The notes below the pieces were generated by a model. That model was not told the origin of the DNA, did no database searches, and saw only the letters and a program-made list of their open reading frames with translations. DNA of 64,000 nucleotides, taken from positions 62,001-126,000 of the forward strand of contig ADNK01001082.1 in NCBI GenBank assembly GCA_000320545.1, written 5' to 3'. Origin of the DNA: Bigelowiella natans CCMP2755. Taxonomy: Eukaryota; Protista; Cercozoa. Positions 39,578-53,898 of the stretch are shown piece by piece. Within the stretch, counting starts at the first letter, position 1; each line of letters starts with the position of its first letter. The position numbers and the translations under genes are program-made.

Positions 39578-40365
39578 AATATTTATTTATTTTCAAATAT
39601 AACATTGACAACAAGTTATTACTTACTGTTATAAAGTCCGACAGCGTAGCAGGAATGGGCCGGAAGGATATCGGCCTGATGGTGTCGCTTTTGGATCTTT
39701 TCACTGTGATATTCTACTACATTGCTCTGTTTGTTCTCGAGAATCATATGGACAAACACAGGTAAGCTGAGTTGCAAAGTTTATATTAGACGAAACTATA
39801 TACCCATCAACAGTAATACATAGAAGCTATTGCTACTCCCTCGACTTTAAATGGCATTGCAATCAGTGTTGGTTAGAAGTATGAGTACTGCACTACTCAG
39901 GCTGAGAAATAGAATCACAGTTGCAAGCTATTCAATCGCTTCAAGTAAGTAGTGTAAACGCTGTTGTACACACATTTTCGCACACATACGCGCGCGTACG
40001 TGTGAACGTGCAATAATACTCAAACACAAACACATATCAATGCATTTTATTATTGTTATTATTATTATTATTATTATTATCAAAATCGTCATTATGTGTG
40101 TAGATGTAGATATACTTTCCATATCTTCTGGTGCGAAGATATACTTACTTTAAGTGTATAAACAATTCCAGCCAATATGGTCAAGGCAGGACAGAGCACT
40201 ACAAAGGAGGAAGTAAAACAGTATTTCTCCAAGTTTGGCCACGTTGTGGATGTAGCTATCCTGAAAAACCGGACGCGATTAGTTCGAAAGTACCATTGCA
40301 ACTCATGATTAACTCTTGAGGAAGTTAAAATGCCATTTATTATTTGCCATCTTGGAATGTATATG

Positions 40366-40397
<32 letters not shown>

Positions 40398-41322
40398 TTC
40401 TCTCTAAGGAAACAGCATGACCATTTAGATTACCAAAATTGCGATCCATACACAAAACATTTTTTTATTATCTCTCGAGTCATTATTGCTAAATATGTGC
40501 CTGATAGTGCTTCATAATGGAATCTGCAGATACGTCGAGCGTAGGAGACTGATCGAAATGAAAAATGAACATGTGCGAAGATACGACAATGATATAGAAT
40601 TCCTAAAGTACTTCTCAGAAAAACTCCTACAGGTTTCTTTTCCTGTTTTAGAGGATTCATCAAACACTATCACACTTTCTTTACACAAATATTTTCCTAA
40701 AATGAGGGGGCGAGTTTATATACATAGATGGAGAAGTATCCTTGAGCTCTTGTTTTCTCTCATGCGATTTTTGGTCTCATACCCAATACAACAGTTGGAA
40801 GCTACTATAAAGGAACTCAGAGAGATACCAGAAAGGACTCGTTATGTAGTGATTACTTTCCAGACGAAACAAGCCAAAATAGATGCCCTTCGGTGACTAC
40901 GACAACGATGATGATGACAACGATGATGATGATGATGATGATGAGGAGGATAAACAACATGCTATCCTTCATCCATTCCTGACTAAAATTGAACGAAAGC
41001 AAGTATGTGTTGAAAGTGCTCTAAGATTTGATCCCAAAGCAAAAGAGGATGATAAATTCTTACATATTTATCACTGCCATTCTTTCGCTCTCCTATTGTT
41101 TGGTTCTATTAATTACTACCGCTTGCTGTTCGGCGTGTCAGGGAGCTTAGCAAACACGAATCAGACAGAGAGATCGGACTTTTTAAAGGCCTCAGGATTG
41201 ACGTCCATGATGCAGCAGAACCGTCTGACTTGAACTACGAGAAGTTTGATTATAGCGACGCCACTGTGTAATATTTAGCTATCTAATATACGAATCTCCA
41301 ACACATACAACACATAATTCAG

Positions 41323-41373
<51 letters not shown>

Positions 41374-41939
41374 GTACCGATTTCGTTTCTGGATCCTTCT
41401 TCTCTTTTTGGTCAGAATGCTTGTCATGTCAGAAGCACTTTTCGCAACACGTGAACGAATAAGCATGTTTACGCTTAGACATAACTAACACTCCGTACAG
41501 CGAAATTGTTTGAAATTGAGAGAATGCTATTCCTGCGTATCCGTTGGTTGCTTTCAGCGTCGAGCTGCATTTAGCTTTGTATGTTTGATCCGAAGCTCGT
41601 TGTTTGCCCTTCTACAACAGGTTTTCTTATGCTGTTGCGTCATTGCAACGTTGTTTATTCTCGACTATAAATCTTCGCTGCCCCAAGACAATTCATGCAC
41701 TGAGGACAGGTTCTTACTAGATAGTATATGTTAGTTGCTAGGTCAGAAAAAGACTACTAATGTTCGCCGTCGGTGTGGCAATCCTACCTCTTATCGTGCG
41801 ACATAATTTGTATCAATGCGCTATGGCTTCTTCGCTCGATTTACATCGCGTTATGCTTGAACCCATTCTAGAAAGTTAAATAAAGCTGCTCATTTCTCTA
41901 TTCTTGTCACTAATTACGCCAACAATAACATCGACTGTG

Positions 41940-41981
<42 letters not shown>

Positions 41982-43444
41982 TGTGTGTGTGTGTGTGTAT
42001 CTCCCTCTATTTGTAGCTATTCCAAGGATGTGATTACGAGTGGTAATGCGGATAGCAGTTACAGATGGTGCTACTGCCAGAGCCTGGGCAGATTTGAAGT
42101 CCTTAGAGACCAAGAATGCAAGTCTTACTTGGAGCAACGGACCTTACAGTAACGATTTGCACACTTGCCTGTTATTTGATATGCGGTGGATGATAAGCAT
42201 GAGAATGCTGGCCTCATGATGGAAATTATTGGCTTCGTGATTCTGAAAGCTGAGTTTACCTTTCATGATTATTCCGTCCTCTTTCTCTCTGTCTCCCTCT
42301 CCTCCCTCTCCCTCTCCTCCCTCTCCCTCTCCCTACCTCAACACCTCTATTAATAATATGCCTCGATAATAAGAAACTTCACTACGGACAAATTCAAAGC
42401 GAGACGTCGACTACTTTGCTCTTGTGATAACATCAGTGTATGACTAACTGGCAACAAATTAGGCGGGGGATTTCGATGCTCTTTGCCACAGCTGTTGCAT
42501 TCTGTGAGCTGATCATTTTTGTCGTCGTGCCGAAGCTCACAAAATGGGATGTAAGACACCTCTATTTTTTGCGTTTGGAGTGAGAATTCCTTGTACTGAG
42601 ATTCGTTCTCCAAAAATGTGTTTGGTCTCAATTTCTCCTCTTATTCAACATGATTTGGCAGATGCATGCTGCAAAGAGTGGGACCGAAAAGGTTAACAAA
42701 ACGACGTTTACCCGATTAAAATAACGCCCTGCATAAAAACAAAAACATGAGCATGCCAAGAGGATGTAAAATCAAGCGTCTTATCATAGCATAGTGACAT
42801 GTAGAGAAATGCAACAAAGATGTGGCCCTTGTCAAAGGGCTGTATTCCTTCTTGCCGAATTTCAGTATGTTTACGGGGGTAACATACTCGCACAAGAAAA
42901 ACACGTTCACTTCTGTAATCAATTCACAGGCGATTATGTGGCGTGTCGGAACCCTCTCGTTTCTTTTGAACGGGCCTCTGGTGTTCCTTGTAACTTTGGA
43001 TTTGAATAAACTTCTTGGTAGAGCTACTTCCATGTATTTTGAGAGTTTAACGAGTACTTATAACCCGTCGCACGGCAATTAGCTATTCCATTGGAAAGAA
43101 GAAGAAGCAATTTTTAGAATGCATTTTGCGAACTCAATACTTCGATGCTGCACATTAAAATAAGCATACATGATGGAGATATGATCATGATGATGCCCAA
43201 TACATTTTCGATATTCATATCCCACAGCATAGCAGTTGGTTTTCTTGGATAAAAATTATGCTGTTTTGCTGGAAAAACGGACTACATTTGAGTTATTTGA
43301 TATCGGCACTTAATAGACGCGGCTCTCATCAATTCGTCGTATTTACTCAACGTAACCGAACTAGTCACAACTCTTTGCTATCATTAATCCAGGAATTTCC
43401 TTCTGGTTCACGAACTCAAAGTACATCGCAATCAGCGCGGAGTG

Positions 43445-43476
<32 letters not shown>

Positions 43477-43610
43477 CTTTTCCGACAGGATGTTGCTGCG
43501 CCATTGATATATTGAATATTGAGCGGAACAAGGAGCTATGCGCCTCTGACAAAAGACTTAATAACAGTCAATAATCACCAAAAAATGTATTCGAATACGC
43601 TTGAAGAATA

Positions 43611-43649
<39 letters not shown>

Positions 43650-44685
43650 CGTGTGTGTGAGAGAGCGTGTGTGTATTCTTGTGTACTCACCATATTAAAT
43701 ATATAAAGGTTCCGAAATATCGGGTTCACAATCCTGCTCACTGTCGGAGCTCAATTTTCTACCACCATGATTCCCGTGCTGCAGTACATTGCCATGAAAA
43801 TTCGCAGATGCTACGCAAGATGCTTTGAAGCTAGTGAGTCGCTACCTTTGTGATGATAAGCTAAATTTTGAAATCACAAATTCACTGAATCGACATATAA
43901 TCACCAACATTCCTCCCCCTCCCCCCACCTCATGTAACATGATAGGCTTCTCGCAATGGGATATGAATGTTCTCTATGCAGGGACCGACCTTCGGTTAGG
44001 GTAAGCGAAAGAGCGACTTATATCTTTACATATGTCCCTTCGCAATGTATATCTAGTGACGCGTACACATGGTAAAGACTACGGATGTGAATCTGAAATT
44101 GCACATACAATAAATGATACACAGTTTAAGTTGCGCCTGCATATTCATTGTGCCCTCTCCAGATACAAATATGCGAGTCTAATCGTGGTGTCACAAGTCG
44201 TAATGGCTTTCTCTCCGGGAATGCCCCTTCTCTATCTTCTTGGAGCGTGCATCTTCAAGCTAGGCTACTTTGTTGAAAGATGGGCTCTTGTTCGAGTGTA
44301 ATATGCGCGGATAATAGCTATTGATATTAGTGGAGTGGTGATATTTTCCCTAAAGAATAATGAGGCGTTCAGCTCGTCCTTGAGCTGCTGACTGTAGACA
44401 GGGATAATTTAAATTTCCGGATTTCTTTATTTCTTGGAACTGTCACTGTTAGTTCGTGAGTACTGCGTTAGACTCTCCGATTGAAACAAACGGAGACTTG
44501 TTTAGAAATTCATTACTGAAAGACATATATGAATGTGTTCTGTTTTTTCCTCAGGTATAACCAACCTCCTACTATGAACTTGCGGGTGAAGGAATTCAAC
44601 ACACATTGTTTTCTTCATTTGAAATTGCACATATCAGTAATAGGAGAGCTATTTCCTGCATAGGTATTTTCGAGATAATCACAAT

Positions 44686-44725
<40 letters not shown>

Positions 44726-46797
44726 GGTTTCTGATTCTGGACTGAAGTCTCTTTATCATGGAATTACAATGCATTGCGTCGCAGCATTTGTGGTATAAAA
44801 TTAAAGTTCTAAAGTTCTATCTCCCCCCCCCCCCCCCCCCCTCTCTCTCTCACTCACTATTTCTCTCTCTTTTCTCATATGCGTACAGTATGTTCTAATA
44901 TGTTATCGCACGTTGTTGATGTAGCACTTAAGTCATGCTTTATCCAATGCACTGAATACACCTCGAAGCATCAGCCTACGGACTTTTTATCGTCGTTTCA
45001 ATTAGGGATAATCATGCTACTGTTCACTGGTTAGAGTTGAACCTAGAACCTCAGTTTGTATTAAATTGCAGGTGTACGGTTCTTCATCGTTCGTCTCTGC
45101 TTATGAATTTGGCCACCAGAATGAAAAACTTGGGTTTGCACACACGCACGCACGCACATGCACACACGAAAGGCGCACACCGTTGATAAACATTTTTCTA
45201 TAAACATACTGGTTGGCTGATGAAGATATTTTGTTATAACTAAAAGAGTTTTGAACGGACTGAATAACTGGAACGGGCTACCACACTTTATCATGTTTGC
45301 GTTGATGCTTATTGTGACACTCCTGCGTTTTTTCGCTGATAAAGTGTACCGTTACAAAATGGTGGAAATGCTGGAGTATTTGGGTAGATATAACAGATCG
45401 ATTATGATGGCGAGATTGCAATTATTTACACCTAGATGGTGGGATACATGGAAGAAGCTGATGATTATATAAGAAAGGGGGGAATGAGGAGAAGGGCGGG
45501 AGGGAACGAAAGAGAATTAGATTTGAACAGATAGACTCAAAACAAATTTAACACACCATTTGCTCAGTCTTAATAACATGTTTGGGTGCAATATGCTGAT
45601 TATATGTAGGATTGTGGAAAGTTATTCAATGGATAGACAGGGATATTGATATGCCGACACGTGATTTCTTTTCGGAATTAAAAGAGGGAGGCCTCCCATT
45701 AGAAACGTAAGTCCAGATGCTCGATAGATTTTTCAAAAATGGTTAATTTACACTGACCTCAACGACGTTAGAAATGAGAGAAATTTTTATTCTTTCGCAA
45801 AAAGAAGGGATTTCTATTTTGATATAGACGATGTGTCAGGATATAGTCCTCTTTCTTACCTGAATGATTACACGTGTAGTACATAAATAATGGTTATATT
45901 CCATTTGATACATTAACATTTTTTAATTCGTGTATTCTCTAGCTATCACATGAACCATATGGATCAATACGCAATGGCTTACGTAAAAAGCGATGACGGC
46001 TACAGCCTTCCACCCTCCGTTCCGTTCTATCTTCAGCCTAAGTATCAGCATGAATACTACAAATCAAAGCGCGAATTCAAAACAATTCGTGAGATTTTCG
46101 CAAAGTACCATGAATCCGTCAGCGGCTCTTACAAGTGAGCAACTGGAGATATAATAAAATAAATAGCAGAAGCATGCATTTACAACTTTTTGTTAGACAA
46201 TCTAGCTATAGTGAGAGCCAGTTCTTCTTTAGAACCTCCAATACCGTTGATATTTGCTTTTATATGAGACGTAATTTGGTATATTCGATGATGAGCTGTA
46301 TGTATTAGTTTTATGTATTATGGAGCAAGTTAGCCTTGAATGCCAAAGTATGCTTCGGCCTACATTGAACACTTTTTCACATTTTTTTTTAATCATTTCG
46401 ATCAAGTAAACACTGAATTTGTTGTTTGTTTTTCGTCTCCTAGCTAAGACTGTGATCTTTCGGTGTTTTGACCTCAAATTAGTGTCTGTAGTTCTAACGT
46501 ACTCAGAGAAACAATGTTGTCACTCTCATGTGAGAAGTTATGTTTGAATTTTACAGGACGCGCGAGACAGTCCTACTGGAGGGTAAAGCTAAGAAATTCA
46601 GCAAGCAAAGAGCGTCTCTTGCAAGTATTGAAATCGATTCGGAAAGAAAGAAAAGGGGTCAAAGGCAATCAAGAGAGGCGTTGAAGTCGACAGAGGTCGA
46701 GTCTAAGCAGATTGTGTTGAACGACGAGGATATGATCCCGCTGTCAACACTACGGTCAAAGCTCACTATTAAGGAGAAACAAGGACGTGTAGCGTAA
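36891..46797 (+). CDS. OSCA/TMEM63/TMC-superfamily multi-pass membrane channel-like protein with many exons; 5' end uncertain
   Basis: Exons give a TM segment LALIFLILFIINIPSL, an RRM-like cytosolic domain (EEVKQYFSKFGHVVDVAI, YVVITFQT), VHDAAEPSDLNYE (APEPxDIxWEN-like), SQWDMNVLYAG, YKYASLIVV...FSPGMPLLY...YFVERWALVR|YNQPP, and several further hydrophobic exons. Confidence 0.75.
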
Positions 46798-46969
46798 ATT
46801 AGTAGTTGAAAGGAATGATTTGCTACACATCGGCATAAAAATAGTGTATGAAATTTGTGCATAATACATGAACGCCTTTTTTGAGAAAATCTAATTTGCT
46901 CCTACCCTGAATTAATAAGTTTATAGCACATTAAAGTCGTGAAGAAACATTCATGTAAATGTGCTCCGT

Positions 46970-47450
46970 GACAAAAGGGCGTCGCATCGGCGCGTGATAG
47001 TCGATCGATGTCCAGCACTTGACTAGTTGCTTGCAGCGGCATGCTCACGCTAATATACAATCGCACAACTACTGGCAATAGTGCGCAGGCTGGCCAATTG
47101 ATCGCGTGCTATTACGCCTAATGCTAGTAGATCAATGCTAGAATGCAACAACCTGGGATAGAAGCGAGTCAACATCAATGCAACGTTACCCACACATACA
47201 CACATGGCTTACACGGCGCATAATGTGTAAACACATGTAAATGTGGTTTGCTGCAAGTTTTTTTGCTTAGAGGTTTTTGCGCATGTATATCGGGCGTGAC
47301 GAAAGGTGTAGGTCTAGAGGTGTAGGATACACATTTTCATTGGCGTTGCGCGGCGCTGACGGGAATACAAGTACTAATGCTAGTAGCGTGTGCGTGTTGC
47401 TTGCAGTGACTATTCTAATTTGTATTAGCTTAAGAACGTTGCAACCATCA
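46970..47450. other. CTAG/GCGC/CATG-enriched convergent intergenic zone (weaker signal)
   Basis: gactagt, gctagtag, gctagaatgca and gtctaga words lie between the channel and RPB8 3' ends. Confidence 0.5.
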
Positions 47451-47633
47451 TTCCAATTAGACCATGGATTTGATGTACACGTCGTCTTTATTAGGGGCCC
47501 ACTACGAGTAGTACCGCATCAATCGTCGAGCTCCTGGAGAAGCGGAACGTATGTTATCAGATGTTATCGAATGCGGGTATATTGTCTTGCACTTGCACTT
47601 TAGAGACACTTTATTACAAGGGGAAAAAAGCAA

Positions 47634-48430
47634 CTATTGTATGTATTTCATCACCATAGCTTCAGCTTTCTTGAGAAGCGCATATATAGCCATATCAGGT
47701 TGAAGGAACGGTACATTACGAGCATTGCCTGCAATATACGCACGAGGCCAAATTTTTAGATTGTGACTATTAATTCAGTTGGCCCAAGAAACGTAATTGT
47801 AAGGGGGGGAAAGACCATGCATAGTAATTAGAATGCATATTTTGAAACTCGGAAGTCGCCGCTTGACGTTCCGCTCACTCACTTTTTCTCATATAATTTT
47901 TCAATAGCATTTGGTCAATTTACCTTTGAGGCTCATCATAAGACCACCAAAAGATGCGTATACGATGCTGTATTACACAATAATAAACATTGCTTTAGGT
48001 TGACATTGCATTCTAACAAGCACTAGAGAATAAGAATTGGAAAAAGTAATGCTAAACTTCCTTCGACAAATTCCACGTATAGAGCTGTCATCATCACCAT
48101 CATCTTAGAATTTCTAGCAACATGCTCAATTGATGACCTGACTCCTGGTTTTTTCATCTGGTCTATCTGGAATAAACGGCCGTGCATGACGTAGTCATAA
48201 CTAACACAAATCCAGTTTACAACAATAAATAAGGTAAATTAGCAATCAATACGATTACAAAACAACAATAACAATAACATAGAAATAAATCTAAGATCAC
48301 TCTTTGGTGACGCAAATTGGTACAAACAACAAGTAATGCCTTGTCGTGTCAATGCAAATTGTTTATCTGGCCATCACTTTGTAGGATTAAAATCATCATG
48401 GTAGAATCATCATTTTAGTGATGCTGCACC

Positions 48431-48478
<48 letters not shown>

Positions 48479-49313
48479 CACACACACACACACACACACA
48501 CAAGCTGCTGCTTACGTAATTGATTCACCATTTTCGCATGTAATTAGAGTTCCGCATTAGGACGATCGAATTTGTGATTTCAAAGATTTGAACATAAATG
48601 TATATTTGCATATCTTCCCTCCCTCCCCCTTGTTCTCCACTCCCCGCGAAGTCCCCCCCCCCTCTTTTGAGTGTGTGTATGTATGACTGTGTATCATATT
48701 ACTCGTCCATGAGCGTTTTCCGCTCGGTTTGATTGTATGTGTTGTCTTCTCTCCCCCCTGAGATCAAAAAGGGCCAAAACTTGGAAATAAATTTGTGGTC
48801 ATACTCGTAGTTGTGGTCGCATTAAAAAGAATTCCAAGGAAGTAAGAAATCATATTGTGGTGAATTCTATTCTCATACGATTTATATTTGAAATCCACAG
48901 GATTTGGAATGATTCTCTTCATAAATGCTGTTTCATGCTGAGGAGAATTGACACTTTTATTTCTTCATTCACAGTGCCATATTTTTGTATATATCAGTCG
49001 CACTAGAAGCATTTAGTTCGATGGTGCTTGCTAAGGCAAAGTCAATCCATTCTCCAGGCCTACATTTCAAAAGCACAGAGGAGGTTCCAAGTGAATAAAG
49101 TGCTATTGACCAATGCTTTAGAACAGAATGAAATTTATATTCTTTGCCAGTATTTTGTAAAATTATCCTTTCGTTCTTTATTTGCATAAATTTTGTTGTT
49201 GTGCTTTCTCCACTGACTTGCACTTAAATAGCTTCCAGTGGACGTCAAGTTTCTGAATTATCAAGATAATATTGCTACGGTTATCATTGAATAGAAGACT
49301 AAACAACAACACA

Positions 49314-49401
<88 letters not shown>

Positions 49402-49797
49402 TTGACGAGTTATGTGTCCCCTTTATATGCCCGTGTGCGTATGTAGTACTACCAGTTCCATATCATAGTCTTTTGCGTTGCATTCTATCCGCGAAACCTG
49501 AAACAAAACAACAGCTTATCAAACTTCCATCCGCTGAGCAACCCTCAACATCAGCTTAAAGAAGCTTTCAACAACCTTTTCAAATTTCTTTCCCTCAGGA
49601 TTAATTCTCAGGACCTCAAATTTCGCCTGTGTATGTTCACATAGAGCCGTGGATTAGCATTCCGGCGCATGTTCAGTACTCCTCAATCCCACTACATCAT
49701 ATTCTGGGATATAACTAGTACTCATCGCAAAATCCTATTTAAAAGGAAAGTAGCGAAGATGGATATTTACCTCCCAAATGCTCGAGTCCTTCGACAT
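47634..49797 (-). CDS. RPB8: RNA polymerases I/II/III shared subunit RPABC3 (RPB8)
   Basis: MSKDSSIWE|AKFEVLRINPEGKKFEK|VSRIEC...DMEL...FALASTI...TLMDE|YDYVMHGRLFQI...YASFGGLMMSLK|GNARN...IYALLKK matches the conserved RPB8 motifs. Confidence 0.92.
49316..49399 (+). repeat. (TA)n microsatellite of about 40 units in an RPB8 intron
   Basis: Directly visible. Confidence 0.95.
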
Positions 49798-50442
49798 TTT
49801 GTTGGGGGACGGGAGGGGAAGGGCGCCGACAGCTTCTGAAAATTGATGGAGCGTCTCTCAGACTTTCTGGTCATAAATATTTTCTAATTATCGTGTAAAT
49901 CTGATGCATTTACAACAAAGCGACACAATATTGAAGTGGTCGCATTGAGAAAAACCATCTAAAGGATACATTGTGCCACTGCGAGAAAACTTGAGTTTCT
50001 GCGCAAAAATTATCTTCCACCGAATCTAGGATGTTATCCCGACTCAAAACGGTCTAGCAAAAGTAAGCCCTGTTCCCGGGGAATGAATAATATTTCGAAA
50101 ATACAATGGATTTTTAATAAATAAAGGGATTATTTGATGTCGCAAGATTACCAATCGTCGATCGTATTGAACGGCCTGCCGACCACAGCTACACGTACCC
50201 CCTCCCTCCCGTATCCTATCTTCCCTTCGCTACTTGAGTTATTCTACCGATACCATGTTCAGCCATATTGACATATTTCTATGAAATTTACGAATGCTAT
50301 ATGTTTTTTGACCGTTGGGCGCTTCTGCATGATACTTGTTTAGATAAAGTATGAGAAGAGGCTCGTTGTGGAGTTACACGTAGCTCCAAAAATACTCAGA
50401 GGGGGGGGAAGATCATCTCGCTCGGAATAAGAGGAGGCAGAG

Positions 50443-53043
50443 ATGATTCTTCTATTTGGTCTTGTCTTAGCCATATGGCCGACAAATAGCCAAACAGGAG
50501 GCCCCCCTTACGACGTCGACAACACACGCAGCGGGGTTAGAATCGGTCACAACGAATGGCGCATGCAGCACACATTAGGAACGCTTGTGGGTCTTCGTGC
50601 GACTGCCTTTGAGGGAAAAGAAGAAGGCGCAAATCAAGATTTATGGAGAAGGCATAGGAGAGCGAGTGGTCGTGTTGCACGCTTGTACGGTGGTTTCGCA
50701 TCATCACCATTCCATCGTCTTCCCATCGTAAGCAGCATCGCACCAATGGCACCAGCAGCAATGGCGGCACGAGGAGGTTCTTATCGCCAGTTTAATGACA
50801 GCCGGCGCGCGCGCGCGCGCACACACACACACACGCACACCTATTTCACCCTCGAAGTTTCTTCCGTCATCACTATCATCATTGTTCTTCTCTCCTTACT
50901 GGTAATTATGTACAATTTGCGTTTATTCCCTCTAATGATCTCTCAGAAGGAGGAAAACTACCTGCACAGAGGATTCGTCTGTTCAACTCGCCTAGACAAC
51001 AACGGCGGTGTGATATACCCCCCCGCTCTGCCAGCTACGCAAAGGTGAAAATATAGTAGCGAATAATCCCAAGTTTTGCGTCATCATTCGGTGAGACACT
51101 GATTTTCGCCTACGATGATGATGAACTCTAAGAGAGAGCTATGGTAGCTAAGACGATCATCTCACAAATATCAAGACTCTGAAAATGAACGTGTCGTCAT
51201 ACCCAACGTCGCTCGAAAAGCTGTTGAGCATCTCTTTGTTTATTTATTTCTTTCAAAGGCGCGTGGCCGTGGTAGCTCAGAGGCTGCAGCATCGTCTCCC
51301 CAATCTTCCTCATCGTCATCATCATCATCATCACCAGCTAGTACGATTGTAGCAGATGCTACTACGAGACTTGGAACAACACCAAAGGTAGTTGTTAGTA
51401 GTGCGCGCGGCGTTTGCTCGCACACATCCCAAAATAAACAACACTATGGAATTATGATGATGATGGTAATTATGATGGCCTCCTGGAAGCTGTTAGCACC
51501 ACATAAAAGAAACCAGGGATTGATCAACATCTATCCATCTTTTAGGCTGCTGCTGCAGTTAGGGGCAAGGAACAACGCCCTCCCTCCGTTTCCTCACCAT
51601 CCAATACTCCATCATCATCAACTACGAGAAATGGCGGCGGTCTTGCGGTTGGAGACCAGAAACCGAAGCAGCCGCGACAACGACGGAAATCATCTGCCGT
51701 GCCAGTTGGAAATTCAGAGCGATACGTGCGAAGAGCTAGAGACGCAAAAGAATTCACGTCTATATTTAAGGCATATGGTCGCGTCAGGTAATACGAACGA
51801 TGATAATGTAGCGCAATGTGAAGTCCAGGGAGAGCAAGGAGGAGGAGTAAGGGAGAGGATATCAGCACGAAACGCTCATAATAATATGATACTACTCAAA
51901 TGTTGAATCCTGCCTCCTTTCACATCGTCACATGTATTTACACAAAGTCCTCCTGTCTACCTTCTTTATACAGAAACAGCACGGGCGTTCTTTGGGCGTT
52001 GGAGTTGATGAAGATGAATGGAATAGCTCACAACGCTATAACATACACTGCAGCTATCAATGCATTAGCGAAAAGCGATGCTTGGCGTGCTGCTCTTAAT
52101 GTGTTTGAGGAGGCCGCGCGAGATCCCCGTGTGACATTAGACGATAGGCTCTATAGTGCTGCAATACCTGCTTGTCGTGGAGGTGCTCCTGTAATCAATG
52201 ACAAGAAGAGACCTGCTGATAAAGGTCGGTCCAAGGGAGAATATCCTTCTGAAATTTGTGAAGTATTAATGAATACCAATAGGAATGAACATAATCGAAA
52301 TGCCATAAGGGCGTATGATTTTAAAGTGTTCTTTGTCATTATCATCATCACCATACATAACACACCTGACCCTTCACTCTCTCCAACTTTGCAGCAAATG
52401 AGGAGGAGGAGAAGGAGGAGGAGGGAGAGGGAGAGCTTGTCGCTCCAGCTGTGGCAATGTTGAATAGAATGAAAGCTGATGGAATCCGCGCTGATGCCGT
52501 AGCGTATGCTTCAACCATATCCACATGTGCTCGCCACAACAAATGGTGGAGAGACGGTCTTCGTGTCTTTGAGTCAGCAAAGAGAGAAGGTACTACGTGA
52601 AGGAATGTGCCTGTGTACACTTGGAGAGGAGTAAATGAACGGATTTTAGCAAGCCAATTTGGAAACAAACAAAGAGAGTCATTCCGCTGTAATAAGTCGC
52701 TACACAGCTCTATGTTTATTCTTTATGAGCATAATCCTTTTCGTATTTTTGACTCTGCCTTTTCTCCTCCCTTCTCTTTCTCTGTTTCTAACCAAAATGC
52801 TGCTGGTGCTGCTGCTGGTGCTGCGCTGCTACTACTTGTTACAACAATCAGGAGTTCCATTGAACATAGTGGTGTACAACACGGCCCTTCACGCGTGCAA
52901 GACAGGCGGTCAAACGGTAGTAGTAGTATACATATATAACTTGTAACTCATTACAGCAGCAGCAGCGGCAACAACAACAATAACAACAATACTAAAACTT
53001 CTTCACTCGCACTCCACTTTCCTTTCTATTAGCTTGACTCGCA

Positions 53044-53089
<46 letters not shown>

Positions 53090-53098
53090 CCTCCATCT

Positions 53099-53134
<36 letters not shown>

Positions 53135-53863
53135 ATACACACATACGTTCAAAACACAAACCAGGAGCGTGCTCGTTCAATCCTGGAAGAAGCGAAGTCA
53201 CGAGGACTTAGACCTGATATCACCAGCTACAACTCGCTCATCGCAACAGCTGCCAAATCATCTGATGAGAGAATACGTGCTCACGGCGTTCGGATGCTGC
53301 GAGATATGCAAAAGCTTGGCGTGGATCGAGACATTAAGAGCTTCACCGCCGCAATAACGTGCTGTGAGAACATCGAAGGAGGCTGGTCGCAAGCCTTGCA
53401 GCTGCTCGCTGAGATGAGAGAAATGAAGATTCCTCGGAACGTGAGGACGTATACTGCGGTGCTACGCACTCTGATTCTCCAGGCACCTGAATCGATTTTC
53501 ACACTAAAATACGACGAGACGTTAACCGATATGGAGGCTGAGGACCGAATTAGTCCGGATTCAGCCTTCTTCTCAGCTTTATCGGGGGCATTTATGAACC
53601 GAGGAAGGTGAGAGAATGAGCTGCTAATACGTCTACTACTCCTGCGGCTACTGTTTTTGCACACGCACGTTGGCGTTCTCTCAGAGAGATCATAAGATGC
53701 AAAATTAACCGCACGCGAATTCGAAAAACACTACTTTGATGAAGAGTTCTGCTACTCATACCCCCCCCCTTCAAGAGAGGGGGCTGCTGTTTCTACAATG
53801 TCGATGAATACAATGATTGGTGCTGCTATATCAAATAAACACCAAGAATTCGTCGTTAAGTAT

Positions 53864-53898
<35 letters not shown>

